Shown here in pieces: positions 59,606-64,000 of a stretch of 64,000 bases of DNA (position 1 is the first letter of the stretch; every line of letters starts with the position of its first letter). Source of the stretch: the human T2T-CHM13v2.0 reference genome, Homo sapiens. The position numbers and the translations under genes are program-made. Where the stretch lies: the NCBI RefSeq assembly GCF_009914755.1, contig NC_060940.1; one strand, 5' to 3'. Under the pieces are notes generated by a model. That model had not been told where the DNA came from. It ran no database searches and saw only the letters and a list, made by a program, of their open reading frames with translations.

Positions 59606-59786
59606 TCAGGAGGCTGAGGCAGGAGAATCGCTTGAACCCAGGAAGGAGAGGTTGCAGTGAGCCGATATCGCGCTCCAGCCTGGGGGATACAGCGAGACTC
59701 TGCCTCCAAAAAAAAAAGAAAAGAAAATACTTCCATCCCACTTTTATATTTCAAATAATTACTTCAACATTACTGTAATATTTATT

Positions 59787-60850
<1,064 letters not shown>

Positions 60851-61105
60851 TTCTCAGAATCAACAAAAAATTATCCTACATGGTTGCAACGTATTCAACA
60901 TTTCAGGAATTTCCCTGTAACAACTGTAACACAGTTAAGCAACAGGTATGCTGGAGGTTAGTTAATGCTGTGTTTTCCAGAATTAAAGATATAAATGCAT
61001 TTCTCAAATATATACACTACATTCCTTTAAATCACTGTGGGTGCGACGGCTTACGCCTATAATCCCAGCACTTTGGGAGGCTGAGATGAGTGGATCACAA
61101 GGTCA

Positions 61106-61372
<267 letters not shown>

Positions 61373-61481
61373 CTAATTACTGCCTTCTCAAACTACGCTT
61401 TCCAGTGAACAATGCTTTATTTGGTTTGCTACATTCTTGCAAATTTGAGTGAAAAGTACACTTAAAAAAAAAAAGTATCAT

Positions 61482-62390
<909 letters not shown>

Positions 62391-63012
62391 AACTATTGTA
62401 TACACTGGGGGGCAGAAGATGTTGAGCCCCTTTTAACTTTCAAAGATTCATCTTTAAAATTGTGAGCAAACAGAAAAGGAATTGCTAGATTCTTCTATAT
62501 ATAGAGTCACTCAATGGGATGCCATTTTGAAACTTCACAGCAGGAAGTTTTAGTTTGGTCAGAGGGTCATTAAAGAAATGCCTCAGTTAATATATATGAC
62601 TTGAAAGTCTTTTCTTTTATAAAAGTATATACCAAGTTCAGGCCGGGTGCTATGGCTCACGCCTGTAATCCCAGCACTTCGGGAGACTGAGGCAGGCAGA
62701 TCACCTGAGGTCAGGAATTCGAGACCAGCCTGGCCAATACGTTGAAACCTCTTCTCTACTAAAAATACAAAAACTAGCTGGCTGTGGTGGCAGGCACCTG
62801 TAATCCAGCTACTCAGAAGGCTGAGGCAGAAGAATCGCTTGAACCTGCGAGGCAGGGGTTGCAGTGAGCCAAGATTCCACCACTGCACTCCAGCCTGGGC
62901 AACAGAGCGAGACTGCGTCTCAAAAAAAAAAAAAAAAAAAAAAAAGATATACCAAGTTCATAAAATACAGCATTTCAAAATGGCAGACTACTAGGCTGGA
63001 CACGGTCACTCA

Positions 63013-63321
<309 letters not shown>

Positions 63322-63917
63322 TCATAACAAATATTTTGCAAAATTTTTTTTTAATTTAATTTTCTTTTTTGTAAAGACAGGGTCTCACCATGTTGCCCAG
63401 GCTGGTCTCTAACTCCTAGTCTCAAGCATCCTCCTCCCTCATCCTCCCAAAAAGCTAGGATACAGGCTTGAGCCACTTGCCTGGGCCAAAAAAATTAGTC
63501 CCAAAATATGACAGCACTCAATTAGAATTATTGTGGACAAATTCCATTCTCTGGTATTGGGTACCAAAGACGTGTTTGTTATTACACAGAAAGAAATAAT
63601 CAAGTTCATAAATTCAAACTGGTTAAAAAGAAAGCTTCTCGGCTGGGCACCGTGGCTCACGTCTGTAATCCCAGCACTTTGGGAGGGTGAGGCGGGTGGA
63701 TCATGAAGTTAAGAGTTCGAGACCATCCTGGCCAACATGGTGAAACCCTGTCTCTATTAAAATACAAAAATTAGCTGGGTGTGGTGGCGGGCACCTGTAG
63801 TCCCAGCTACTCGAGGGGCTGAGGCAGAATTGCTTGAACCCTGGAGGCAAAGGTTGCAGTGAACCGAGATTGTGTGCTGCTGCACTCCAGCCTGGTGACA
63901 GAGCGAGACTCCATCTC

Positions 63918-63948
<31 letters not shown>

Positions 63949-64000
63949 CATAACCAGATCAGAATCTATCCTAAAACATACTCAGAAAAAGTAACATGCA

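Overview
Human (primate) genomic DNA covering the 5' part of CNOT1, the CCR4-NOT scaffold subunit, on the minus strand. Fifteen exons (numbered 2-16, assuming a non-coding exon 1 beyond the right edge) were mapped by hand with GT-AG boundaries. They join into one open frame of 1,979 nt (codons 1-660: [12 protein letters not shown]...LQACAG). The rest is intron 1 (>24 kb, right) and intron 16 (>13.8 kb, left). Introns are very Alu-dense (about 100 copies, mostly antisense to the gene) and also carry old L1/L2, Tigger/MER DNA elements and a MER21 LTR. Other content: a near full-length TMEM254 processed pseudogene in intron 2, a 3'-truncated Y3 RNA copy beside the exon 2 acceptor, a U13 snoRNA retrocopy with target-site duplication, a ~660 bp GGGGA-type polypurine tract just after exon 7, and a G26 run. 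The most interesting signals cluster on the start-codon exon: an ATF4-like pair of upstream ORFs (short uORF plus a strong-context overlapping ORF), a CFTR-like (TG)6T7 acceptor, and a candidate recursive-splice/cryptic exon in intron 1. These functional readings are inferences. Most ORFs in the supplied track are Alu or low-complexity artefacts.
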